A stretch of DNA of 64,000 bases, taken from Mesotaenium endlicherianum. Lineage: Eukaryota. Each line of letters opens with the position of its first letter. Position 1 is the first letter of the stretch. The translations under genes were made by a program, and so were the position numbers. The DNA lies in the NCBI GenBank assembly GCA_009602735.1, contig WELA01002119.1, forward strand, positions 128,196-192,195, given 5' to 3'. The notes under the pieces were generated by a model that was given only the letters and a program-made list of their open reading frames with translations, did not search any database and was not told the origin of the DNA. Of the stretch, positions 53,108 through 64,000 are shown piece by piece.

Positions 53108-56100
53108 GCCAGGAGCCTACCACCCCAAGACCCACTTCACGAGAAGGCAACACGCCAAGTGAGGTGGAGACCCCCGTTGAAGACGACGTTCCAGCCCCAA
53201 TGAGTTTGAGAGGTTACCTTGGAGGAGAGAAGGTCCACATCTTGGTGGATAGCGGAGCTCAAGGCAACTTCATTGCTGCAGATTTTGCCACCAAGCACGG
53301 TATTACTATGCGAACTCTTGACCACGACGAGGAGATTATGATGCCCGATGGATTCTCCTATACTACCCCTTCCAAGAAGACGTACCCCTTGGCACTCTCT
53401 ATCAAGTCCTTCAAGGATAGAGTAGTGTTCTCCCCCATGCAATTGGGCAAGTACGACGTCATCCTAGGGACGCCTTGGTTGACCAAGCACAACCCCCAAG
53501 TTGATTGGAGGACCGGTACTATCAAGATCAAGAATGACATCACTTCAAGAATCTGTATTTTGCGCGCAATCCAGAATATCCAGACCCAAGACATCCAGAA
53601 GCCGGCACACGAGATACTATTGTCCGCCCTCCAACTCAAGAGACTTGTGAGGAAGGGACACGAGCTTCTTTTGGCCTTGATCACGCCAAAAGACATCAAG
53701 AAAGACATCGAGAGTCAAGAAGGCAGCCCCGTTCCCAAGGAGATACAAGAAGTCTTAGAGGACTACAAAGAAGTGTTCTCCCCGGAATTGCCCAAGGGCC
53801 TACCCCCCAAAAGATTCGTAGACCACAAGATAGAGTTGGAGCCCGGAAGCAAGCCCATCTCTCGGCCTACGTTCAAAATGTCATACACGGAGCTAGACGA
53901 AGTCAAGAAGCAAATCAAGGAGCTACTGGAGCATGGCTTCATTCGACCTAGCAAGTCGCCATTTGGAGCCCCGGTGCTATTTGTCAAGAAGAAAGATGGT
54001 ACCTTGAGGATGTGTGTGGACTATCGCGCCCTCAACAAGATCACCATCAAGAATCGATACCCGCTGCCGCGCATGGATGAGCTCATGGACCGGCTGGTTG
54101 GAGCCAAGTACTTCACGAAGATTGACTTACGGAGCGGCTACCACCAGATTCGCATCGCAGAACCGGACATAGAGAAGACGGCATTCAGGACAAGATATGG
54201 ACATTTTGAGTTCATGGTCCTGCCATTTGGACTCACCAACGCGCCAGCAACTTTCATGACTATGATGAACACCATATTTCAGCCCATGTTGGACAGATTT
54301 GTGGTGGTATTCATCGATGACATCCTTATCTACAGCAAGACCCTTGAAGAGCATGCGAGACACTTGAAAGAAGTCCTTGAAGTATTGAAGCAAAACAAGC
54401 TATTTGCGAAGGAGTCAAAGTGCGAGTTTGCCAAACAAGAAGTGGAGTTCCTAGGTCTCCACGTGACTGCTGATGGCATCAAGATGGACCCCAAGAAGAC
54501 CACGGTGGTGGAGGAATGGCCAACCCCCACGACCAAGAAAGAACTCCAGTCATTCTTGGGATTTGCCAATTGGTACAGAAAATTCATCCAAGGCTTCTCG
54601 CACATAGCAGCCCCCCTGACAGATCTACTCAAGAAGGACAGGCTATATACATGGACCGAGAAAGAGGAAGAGGCATTTCAAGAGTTAAAGCGAAGATTGA
54701 CCACATCCCCGGTGCTCACACTCCCAAGTCCAAACCCAGATTGGCCCTTCCACGTCATCACCGATGCATCTTCCTATGCAATAGGAGCAATCCTGCTTCA
54801 AGACCAAGGCAAGGGACTGCAGCTCATCGCCTACGAGTCAAGAAAGCTAAATCCAGCCGAGCAAAATTATACAACCACGGAGCGAGAGGCATTGGCGATT
54901 GTACATGCCTTGAAGGTTTGGCGCTGCTACGTTGAAGGACGCAAAATACTGGTCACCACGGACCGCGAGGCGTTAAAGCACCTCCAGACGCAGCCGTATC
55001 TCTCAAGGAGACAAGCAAGATGGAGCGGATACTTGCAACAATACAACATCACGATTCAGTACCAGCCCGGCAAGACAAACCCGGCTGACCCCCTCTCAAG
55101 ACTGCAATTAAATGCAGTGATGGTATCCCTGAAGACAGATCTGGAAGCTCGATTTTCAGCCGCCTATGAAAGAGACCCTTACTACAAGAACGGAGAAGCA
55201 GCCTTGGACCCATACAAGAAGCAAGAAGGCAATTATTGGGTGAGGCAAGATACGGGCCAGAGATGTGTTCCTAATGACATAGACCTCCGGCTCTTGCTTC
55301 TACGAGAAGCACACGACAACCCTCTTGGAGGACACTTTGGAATCCTAAGGACCACGGGCGTTCTAGCTAGGACTTATTGTTGGCCAGGCATGTCTAAGCA
55401 AGTCAAGGAGTACTGCAGGAGCTGTGACACATGCCAAAGAATCAAGCCATCATCGCAAAAGGCGGGAGGACTCCTCCAACCACTACCAATCCCCGAAAGA
55501 CAATGGACGGACATCTCAATGGACCTTATCGTGGACTTGCCCGTGACACCTCGAGGCCATAATGCAATACTCACGGTGGTGGACAGACTTACTAAGATGG
55601 CTCATTTTATTCCCACGACGACTAAGGCTACAGCACCACAACTTGCAAGACTCATCTTTGACAACATCTTCCGACTCCATGGACTACCATCAAGAATTGT
55701 GTCAGATAGAGACCCAAGATTCACAAGCCAAATCTGAAAAAATCTCTTCAAGAACTTGGGTACATCGCTGGATCTGTCTACCGCCTACCACCCACAATCA
55801 GATGGGCAAACCGAGCGTATGAATCGTACTCTAAAGACCTCTCTAAAGGCCTACGTGTCTACTCTGGAGCAAGATTGGGACATGTACTTGACCCCCCTGG
55901 AGTTTGCCTACAACAACACTACGCAGGCCTCTACCCAAGAGTCCCCATTCTTCCTCAACTATGGCTTCCATCCGACCACGCCACTGAGCTTCACGGCTGG
56001 CCATGATGAAGTACCTGCAGCCACAGATTTTATGGAGACATTAGAAGCAGCCCTTACAGCAGCGAAGAAAGCTCTACAACACGCGCAAGATGCTCAAGCA

Positions 56101-56694
56101 AGAGTGGCGAACAGATCCAGAAGAGAAATTACGTACAGAGTGGGTGACAACGTGTTACTATCATCCAAGAACATTTCCCTGAACAACAGGCCTGCCGGCA
56201 GCAAGTTCTCTCCCAAGTATTTGGGACCCTTCAAGATTATCCAGCAAGTCAACCCCGTTGCTTTCAAGCTAGAACTTCCCCAGACTATGCACATCGACCC
56301 CGTATTCCACGCTTCCCTCTTCAAGCCATATGTGCAACCCGACAACAAGTTCCCAGGACGTGTGACAACCCCACCAGCCCCAACAATAGTGGATGATCAT
56401 TTGGAGTACGAAGTGGAAGACATAGTGGCTATGAGAAATTTCAGGAGACAGCAGCAATACTTGATCAAGTGGAAAGGATATCCAGATTCGGAGAATAGTT
56501 GGGTGGCGGCGCACTACCTTGACAAAGTTCAGAGAAAGTTGAAGCGCTTCCATGCCGCCAACCCCCATCTTGGACCAGCCCCAAGTCTCTCTACTAGAAG
56601 CCCGAAGACTTCAGGGAGGCAGCCTGCCACCATCAAGAAGCAGCAGAAGACCCCTTGGAGGCAGCCTGCAAGAACAAGAAAGAGGAAAAATTGA
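53086..56694 (+). pseudogene. pol: pol of element B (PR-RT-RH-IN-chromodomain) with one nonsense mutation
   Basis: Lies in the -1 frame relative to gag. [33 protein letters not shown] ([11 protein letters not shown]...CDTC), [10 protein letters not shown]...[10 protein letters not shown], then TGA at 55735-55737 where Trp is expected. The same frame continues to the chromodomain EYEVEDIV...YLIKWKGYPDSENSW. Confidence 0.95.
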
Positions 56695-57317
56695 CATTAG
56701 ACACTCTTCTCTTCTCGCAGTTTCTGGACAGAAAACTAAAACTGCTACTGGTAATAGGTCTCTGCATAATAAATTCTGAAAATTTACTTGGCTGTAGTCC
56801 ATGAGTAGCCGGTCATTTAGAGTCCAAGTTTGCTCAATTTGGAGCACTGGTGAGAGAGATATGATGCTCTAAGTAGAAGGGGGTCAGGCTGCTGGCATTG
56901 TTAGGGCAGAATATGCCTTCTGACATTGTGCCCTCCCCTGAACTTGGAATGCTCTGAAACTCAAGACTCTGGTAGAACATCTTACAGCGCCCAGTTTGAG
57001 ACTTAGTTTGCAGAATTTGGAGAAGTATAGAAGGACTTATGATTTTCAGAAGTTTCTGCACAGATTTGGAGGAGTGCCTACTCTCTCAGCTCTCAACGAC
57101 ACTCCAGAAATGAGAATGCTCTCAAATTTGGTGACCCGGTAGAGTTCTTCGACGCGGTCCGTTTGGCACTTGAATTTTCAGATTTGGAGCAGTTCTGTGG
57201 CCGCTATGGATTTTTGAGTTCGTGGCAGATTCTGGGCCAACTTGTACAATTTTCTTTATCATTAAGGAGTAGGCTAGCCAATAAGGTCACACCACCTACG
57301 ACCTTGCCTAGTCTACC

Positions 57318-57430
57318 TTACATGTGTAGCACCTGACTTGGCGCCTTTGACTAGTCCTCTTCACATGTGTGGCATCTGACTTGAAACTGTTGACTAGTTT
57401 GCTCCACATGTGTAAGACCTGACTTGACGC
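57318..57430 (+). repeat. Three ~43-bp tandem units in the 3' UTR of element B
   Basis: acatgtgt....ca.ctgacttg.......tgactagt repeated. Confidence 0.8.
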
Positions 57431-59455
57431 GCCGAGACGTTGCTTTTTCTATCGGGAGGGTGATGTAGTGATTTGAGTTATTATATATTAGTTTGCATAT
57501 ATTTTAATGTTTTCAAATATATTTGGAGTAGTATTGTGTGGAGTCAAGTGTGAATAGGTACTCTAGTAACTTGGTTCATGTCCTTTGAACCTTCCAAGGC
57601 ATTTTCGAAGTTAGAGGAAAGACCTAGAAGAACTCCATGTGGCAAAAGTCAGATGTGCCATTTTTAGGTCAAAAGGACATGTGTACATTATTCTAGAAAG
57701 AGGTGGCAAGTTTTGGGATGTGTTGGGTGCCAACACATCAACATACACCTTCCTAGAAATTACTTATGTAGCAAGTATATAAACAAGAGCTAGAACATAG
57801 AAAGACATTCGAGAATCACTCTTGTACTTGCCAAAATCCAGAAATATATTAACTTTCAAGAAGCCATCTCTCTTTCAAGAAGCTACCACTTGTGTTCAAA
57901 GATCCTTGTCTTGAATAGATAAAGTATTCTGCTTTACTAAGTACTTTATCTATCTGTTTCACTACAGGAGGGAGGAAATAGAGAAAGGGAAACCTGGGCT
58001 AACTTAACCTCACCCTTGTCCCATTGTCAAACCTTGTAGCACAATGATGTGGCCCCTCTCCTATGCACCAAACAAACAATATGACAAGCACAGCAGCCTC
58101 TAGCCGGACACCCACTGCCAAGGCGTTGACCAACAAGAAAAAGACGGGATAGGAGCCACAAGAACAAGAAGACTTCTGTTACGTGGTAATCACCTGCTGC
58201 TGCCAGTACCAAAGGGGGGCAAAAGGGCTAGCCTGCTTGTACCAAATTGCAGTCGATAGACTAGTCCCCCACTCTCTCGCACTCGCAAGACTCGAAAGTA
58301 CAGCGTCTGTAGCCTGTGGTCTCCCACTCACAATATCACACTCGCACACTCAGTTTTTAAGGCTCTCACCCTGTATCGTTTTGCTCAAATGCGCTACTCT
58401 GCAGTATCATTTCACCCCCACTCAACACCTCGCAACTTCTAAGATCTCACGACGCTCCCATTCAATGCCAGGCACCAGAATGATCAACACAGGACTATTG
58501 CACTAGGGTCATTTGTAGGGATGGAGCGAACCTGGAAGGAGATGGATCTAGCTCTTGCCCCGTCCTGTTGTCTCCGTTAACACATCTAGACGACAGCGAG
58601 CAAAGAAATAGGAGATCTTTATAACTTCCTAGCTACCATCATCACAATGGGTACGAGGTATGAGAGCAGACGTTAAATGCATGGTGGGTTCTGCACAGAA
58701 TGTGAGCGTACATTTGATTCAGAATTAAGGAATTAGCCCAACTACCAAAACGGGATGGCTTGCGCGACCAAACACGACCGGAAAGGTCGTATGGCAGTAC
58801 GTAACCTGCGGTCAACATGGTGGGTACGCTCCGAAGCGAGGGCTGTGGTCTGGTGCCGTGGGGATGGCAATTGGGGGCCTGGGACCTGCACCTAAAAAAT
58901 GCCCTTTTCTGGGGTGATAGCGTTTCAAAATGTGCCTACACATTTTACTTAATCTACCCACCTGACCTGGTACCCGACCACACCCACCCACACTACTCAA
59001 CACTCCACAGCTCGACACCTGCATTGCGTCCATTTCACAGTCCTGTGTCAGTCAAACGAATTTCTAGGGTTTGCAGGGGGTCTGCTATTGTTTTTGTGGG
59101 TCAGTTTCGGTGCAACCCATGGGTTACCTTTGTTGCGAAGCTCGAGTTGAGTCTGCCACAATCAGGGGGCTGATGTCACTCTATGCAGACAAGTTATGGT
59201 TAATCTCGGCTTGCCAAACGTGCCTGCTACTGGACGACTTCGAAAACATGCCGCACTGCCTACAAAGCGTCTGTTATTCATCCCACTTCCTGAGAGAACG
59301 AGGTTTTACTTCGAAATGTTTGATTCGTTTAACTTAGCAGTCTTGCAGGAAGTTAAGTGATTCAGGATAAACTTTTCTTCACAAAAGAAGACATTTACAA
59401 TGTGAGGTTCGACTTCCACCCTCCACCTACATACACCCACCCTGGGTACTCTCTC

Positions 59456-59503
<48 letters not shown>

Positions 59504-59704
59504 CCGACCTTTTTCTTCTCCCTCTCCCTCTCTCCTTTTGTTTGTCCCTTTTTGTGGTTGTATGGGTTGTATGTTGCTTCGTTTTTATTTATTATGTCCT
59601 CTTGAAGGTTGAACTTTCTTACCTTTTCTTCTTACTCATACCGGCATTCTCCCTAAGAATTGTCATTGTGGCTCTCCCAGGTGCTTGCCCATTTCTGTGA
59701 GGAG

Positions 59705-60528
59705 ATGACGCCTCAGAGGCCACGTGAGCAGTTCAAGAGGCAAAGGAGATCAGGGAGAGACAGAGAAGACCATGCCAGCATACAGCAGGGGTCTGTATGG
59801 GGCGGCAGCGCTCGTCTGGGCACGGGAATGGCGGACCTCCCCGACGAGATCTTGGAGCCCATTCTGCGGGCGGCCGTGCGCAGCCAGCAGGGTGGGGCTG
59901 TCAGCATGCCGCAGGTCACTGCGTGCCGTTGCGTGAGCCGCACGTGGGACCGGGTCCTCCGTGGCGCCATGGAGCGCGTGCGCCTCGCTGACAACAAAGT
60001 GGACGCGGGCTCGGCCCTCGCCGCCCTGCGCGCATACCCCCGCGTGAGGCATGTGAGCCTGGGGCACTGTCTTCAAGACTCCAACTTCGACAGCGGGCTC
60101 CTGAGGGGGCTGGCTGCCGAGATCCCCCTGCTCAACTCGTGTGACTTTGAGCTCTCCTTTGAGTGGGAGGGTCTGCCAGACCTTGAGCACTTCCTCTCCC
60201 ACAGGACCACCCTGAGGGCGCTGCGGCTCAGCTTTGTGGAGTGGGACCACCCGTGCCAGATGCTGCCCTCTCTGGCGGCCATGCACGCCCTGCAGGACCT
60301 GCATCTCGAGTTTGAATTCTCTACTCGTATTTGCACTTCCGAGATTGAGTCCCTCGCCGGCTTGCAGTCGCTGACCTCCCTCACGCTGACATACTGGTGC
60401 CTCTCGGGGCCAGAGGCGGCCTGGGACAGCTTGGCGAGGGCCGTCTTTAACCCGCGCCTGACGAAGCTGCACCTGCGCTGCGACCGGCTGCCGCAGCTGC
60501 GCGCACCGATGCCGCTCCTAGAGGACCT
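59705..60528 (+). CDS. F-box plus leucine-rich-repeat coding exon
   Basis: F-box-like DLPDEILEPIL...CRCVSRTWDRV followed by LxxLxL repeats (TLRALRL, ALQDLHL, SLTSLTL, RLTKLHL, LLEDL). Ends at either TGA 60530-60532 or a splice donor at 60529. Confidence 0.8.
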
Positions 60529-60694
60529 GTGACTCTCTGTGCGAGCAGAGAACTGGAAGGACCCCAGCAGATCCCAAGCTCGTCACCGTCTGCCCTTGCC
60601 TTGCCCATTTGTACGCAAGGGAGTCTTCAGTGAGAGCCAGCTAGCTCTCATCTCACGACAATCCGCTTTGGTGGCATGCTCGTGTGCACGGCAG

Positions 60695-62921
60695 CAATGT
60701 GCGGATCCAGACGCCTGTCAAGGGGGAGAGCTGCCACCATCACCAGGTGCACTTGCTCACCCCCCCCTCTTTTGAGCAGCTGCCGTTGGTTCGGCTGCCA
60801 GCAGGCACATTCTGCCAGCTGTCACATGATACAGCTGCGTCGATCCACTCGAACTCAGGTCCAACGCAGGGCGAGTGAAAGCGCCTTCGTCTGTCCGTCA
60901 CCCGGCCGACTACTATGCAGCAGCAGCCTGCGCACGTCGTCCCCTCTGCCAGTCTGTGCCTTCTGGTCCTCGTCATCGTCGTCGTGCTTTCACTGGCAGC
61001 TGCGTCGCGGTGCTGCTTGCCCTGTTCGCTCGTGGCATGCGTGCGTGCGTCTCAAGGCAAAGCCGTGCATGCTCCTTGCAAGGAACTTTCCACTCTATAA
61101 GGAGCCGCCTTCACTTGCTCCCTCTCGCCCTCTGGTGCTTTACTTTGTGCCGGGAGTGGTCGGGGACTTCTCTTTTCTTACTCTCTTCCAGCCAGGAAAT
61201 AGAAGACGGCCCTTTACCAAGTGTGGCACGCGTACGGACTGGCAGCTGGCACTTACTGAGCCCCGTGCAGGAGAGGGGCATACAGTCCTTCCTTTCTAAC
61301 TCTGTCCTTGATGCATGTGGGGGCCGGGGGTGTGGAGCGCGCAGTGCTTTGATTTCGACAGCTTCTTGGCAGCCAATGAAGTGACGCCCCTGTGGCGCTG
61401 CCCGTGCTGCTACGCGCCTGTCTCGCGCCGGGACCTGCGCCTCGACTGCAACTTCCTGGCAGTGCGTTTCTTCTCACCTCTCCTCCTCTCCCAGGGACTT
61501 GTGTGCACATGCGGCGCAGGTCGGCTTGCTTCCCGCCGTCCGAACTGCTAGCTGCTGCCTCTGGAACGGGACCCTTTTTGTCGTTCTTGGGACTGCTCCT
61601 GGGCGGCGCAGGGAGCCTTGTACAAGACGGGGGGGGTGCTTGTCTCTTCCTCCACACGTGCAGTCCCCCTGCTGCAAATGACAGGCACTGTGGGTGCGGT
61701 GCTCCTGTGGGGCCTGAAGCTGCTCCCGGCTGCCGCCAACTCACTGACGGGCAGCAGCCGTTCCCCTCTGGTGGGCAGGTGCTGGAGCAAGCAAGTGGCG
61801 ACCCGGGGGTGACGAAGGTGCGGATGAAGCCCAGCGGGGAGTGGGCGCCGGTGGTGGAGGAGGAGGCGGAAGGGGTGCTGGCAGGACCTTCTGCCTCGGC
61901 AGCAAGGCCAGCGCGCGTGGCTTGGGGACTGCCAGCTGTCATCGAGCTGGAAAGCGACGACGATGGGGGAGAGGAGCAGCCGGAGGGTGGGCAAGTTGGA
62001 AGCGGGGGAGATTTGAGACAGGCAGGGGAGCAGAGCCTCTCCAGGGATCTCACAGGTGTTGCGCAGCAGGGAAGCGCAGTAGTGACAGGTGTGGAGCTGA
62101 GCCGACAAGAGCTTGCTACCGGCCAGGCCGACAGCACTTGCCCTCCCGTTCACTTGGAAAAGCCAGCAGCAGCAGCTGCTGGCCGTTTCCAAGCTCCGCA
62201 TAGGCTTCTCGAAAACGCCCCCCCGGCTATTCCTGCAGCAATGGCCAGGGGGGGAAACGTGTGGCTGAGCGAGCAGCCGGGATGGAGCTCTCTATCCTCG
62301 CGCTGGATGCACCCCCCACCCCCGCGTGCCCTCGCCCTCCAGCACGCACGTCCCGGGCCTGCCGCTGCTGCTGCAGCAAGCACGATGCAGCAGGCAGCCT
62401 CAAGGGCAAGGGCAGCGGCATCTTCCAGCAGCACTCTGGGGGCTCCCGCTGCTGCACGCGCCACCAGCCGGCAGCGGCAGGCGCGGTCAAATGCTTCCGC
62501 AAAGGCAGCAAGGATGAACTTGATGGCGGCACCGACGCTTGAAGGTGTGCGTCCGCCCCGTGGACAGCAGCAGCAGCAGCAGCAGCGCATGTCCATGCCG
62601 CCGGTTGTGCAGCCTGCTCGTTTGCCGCCCGGCGTGCATGTGGGCGCTGCTGCAGCAGGTCAGGGGAGCACTCTCACGGGCCCCTCCCTCGCGAGGGATT
62701 GGGCGAGCAGAGGCAGCTCCCTGAAACGGAAGTGGCCACTGCAGGAGGAGGAGCAGCAGCTAGTGCCACTGCAGCAGCAACGAATGCTGCAGCAGGTGCA
62801 CTCTCAGGGGTTGCAGCAGCAGCAGCATGCATGCTGCTTGGTGACACCTGTCAGCGGGGTGCCTCCGTACTCACAGGCCCCTCCCTTGCGAGGGAGCGGG
62901 CGAGCGCAGGCAGCTCCTTGA
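60695..62921 (+). CDS. PIAL-like SP-RING (zf-MIZ) exons with a SIM and a low-complexity tail
   Basis: Exons 60695-60746 (NVRIQTPVKGESCHHHQ), 61345-61461 (CFDFDSFLAANEVTPLWRCPCCYAPVSRRDLRLDCNFLA) and 61779-62921 (VLEQASGDPGVTKVRMKPSGEW...VIELESDDD...) join in frame. They match the recalled PIAL SP-RING RIKLPVKGQLCKHLQCFDF...WRCPHC...DIRLD. Confidence 0.82.
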
Positions 62922-64000
62922 AAAGAAAGCGGCCATTGCAGCAGGAGCAGCAGCAGGTGTACCATCAGGAGGGGCATCAGCAGCTGTGTGCGTGCTTTGT
63001 GACACTTGTCAGCGGCGTGCCGCCTCTGTATTTCTTTCGAGGCGCGGAGCACGAATACCACCAGCAGCTGCAGCAGCGCAGCCAAACAGCAGGGGTGCCG
63101 TCTGGAGCGAGTGCAGGAGGGCAGGTCATATCCTCACCCAAAATTTTGCAGAGACTGGTCTATGGCGCTGCGGCTTCCAGTCCTCTTCGGGTGCCGGAGT
63201 CAGCCCTGACCCTCCCTGACCCACATGTATGTGCACGAGGAAAGTGGATTAGTTGAGCAAAAGAGGTGCAGGACACAAGCACTCCTCATGCACACATGCA
63301 CCATCTGAGAGCATCGGTCTGGGATAGCAAGGGAAGGAGGAGGTAGCCCCAGTGCCACCCCCTAGCCAAGTGGCAGACAAGGACCACTGCACGTCACTCA
63401 GCTGGCCCTGCTACAACCGCTGCTGCTGCTGCGGACAAGTCACAACAGGACCCACAGGGAATCCTCGCGTCTATTCGTCCATGTAGATTGGGTGGGTCTG
63501 AGAGAAACACAGGCAGGGGTAGCAAAGGAGAAGGCACCCTTGCGGAGGAGGGGGTGGGGGGGGATATGGGCGTGACGGAGCGGATGCTCAAGGTCCATTG
63601 GCTGCCAAGGCGGCTGGCCGACAGCTGTGGCTCCAGCGGGCGCCGGGGTCCTGCGGGACATGGCACCGTCAGCCAGGTAGCAGCTCGGTGGGGAAGCCGG
63701 CAGTGACGATGGGAGGGCCACGCGTTGCACCCGCGGCAACGGTTGCCCCTCCGCCTTATCTCGTGCAGGTATGGTCGAAGTTGTGGTCACGTCTGTGCAG
63801 CCGGGAGCGCCAGCAGCATCTCCTGCTTTACGTACTCTCCCCGCTGCCATGCTGCCCCCACGCCTGGTGCTGCTCCTTCTTCTGCCGGTGCTGCTGCAAC
63901 ATTGGCAGCACCAAGCACCGCGCAGCAAATAGCTGTAGGGCATGGGCACCGAGTAGAGGCATCCCCCAGCTGCAACAGCTCCTGGTGCCACCAGCTGGCA

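Larger units (their letters stand above)
51287..57966 (+). mobile_element. Ty3/gypsy chromovirus-type LTR retrotransposon B, full length and young
   Basis: 503-bp LTRs at 51287-51789 and 57464-57966 (TGTAGTG...CACTACA, about 5 substitutions by eye); TSD GGAGG; PBS TGGTATCGGAGC at 51791-51802; PPT-like gggagggtga before the 3' LTR. Confidence 0.98.

Noticed and set aside
43434..58523. CATCCC (43434) / GGGATG (58518-58523) as KDZ terminal inverted repeats
   Set aside because: Only 6 bp, and the flanks (cagaagca vs gagcgaac) form no target-site duplication.
60581..60610. RLPLPCPF as the missing first SP-RING segment (cf. VSLSCPI)
   Set aside because: It lies after the stop, and its candidate donor is phase 0 while the next exon needs phase 2; more likely intron sequence.
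63394..64000. Minus-strand GC-rich ORFs at the window end
   Set aside because: Could be the 3' end of a convergent gene, but no domain or consistent exon chain is supportable.

Overview
Eukaryotic, intron-rich, plant-like DNA; the gene content and microsatellite-laden introns suggest a streptophyte green alga (inference). The first ~26 kb holds five spliced housekeeping genes whose exons can be joined in frame through GT-AG introns: an EBS/SHL-type BAH(-PHD) gene (partial, -), ALG6 (+), a UBC7-type E2 (-), a UBC19/20 (UBE2C)-type E2 (-) and CstF64 (+). From ~27 kb on is a nested transposon and pseudogene cluster. It contains a decayed PIAL-like SUMO-ligase gene (-) with an intronic solo LTR, and an older chromovirus-type Ty3/gypsy element (A) with a -1 frameshift signal and an unexplained ~550-aa extra ORF after the integrase. 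An inverted LTR of a second family is nested in A. There is also a spliced KDZ (Kyakuja-like) DNA transposase with a 358-bp tandem array, and a young, nearly intact chromovirus (B) with TSDs. The most striking observation is at 59.7-62.9 kb. The apparent stop codon of an F-box/LRR ORF overlaps a GT splice donor that is phase-compatible with downstream PIAL-type SP-RING exons, predicting a ~711-aa F-box/LRR-SP-RING-SIM fusion protein. All assignments come from reading the sequence and recalled family motifs; no searches were run, and exon boundaries are manual.
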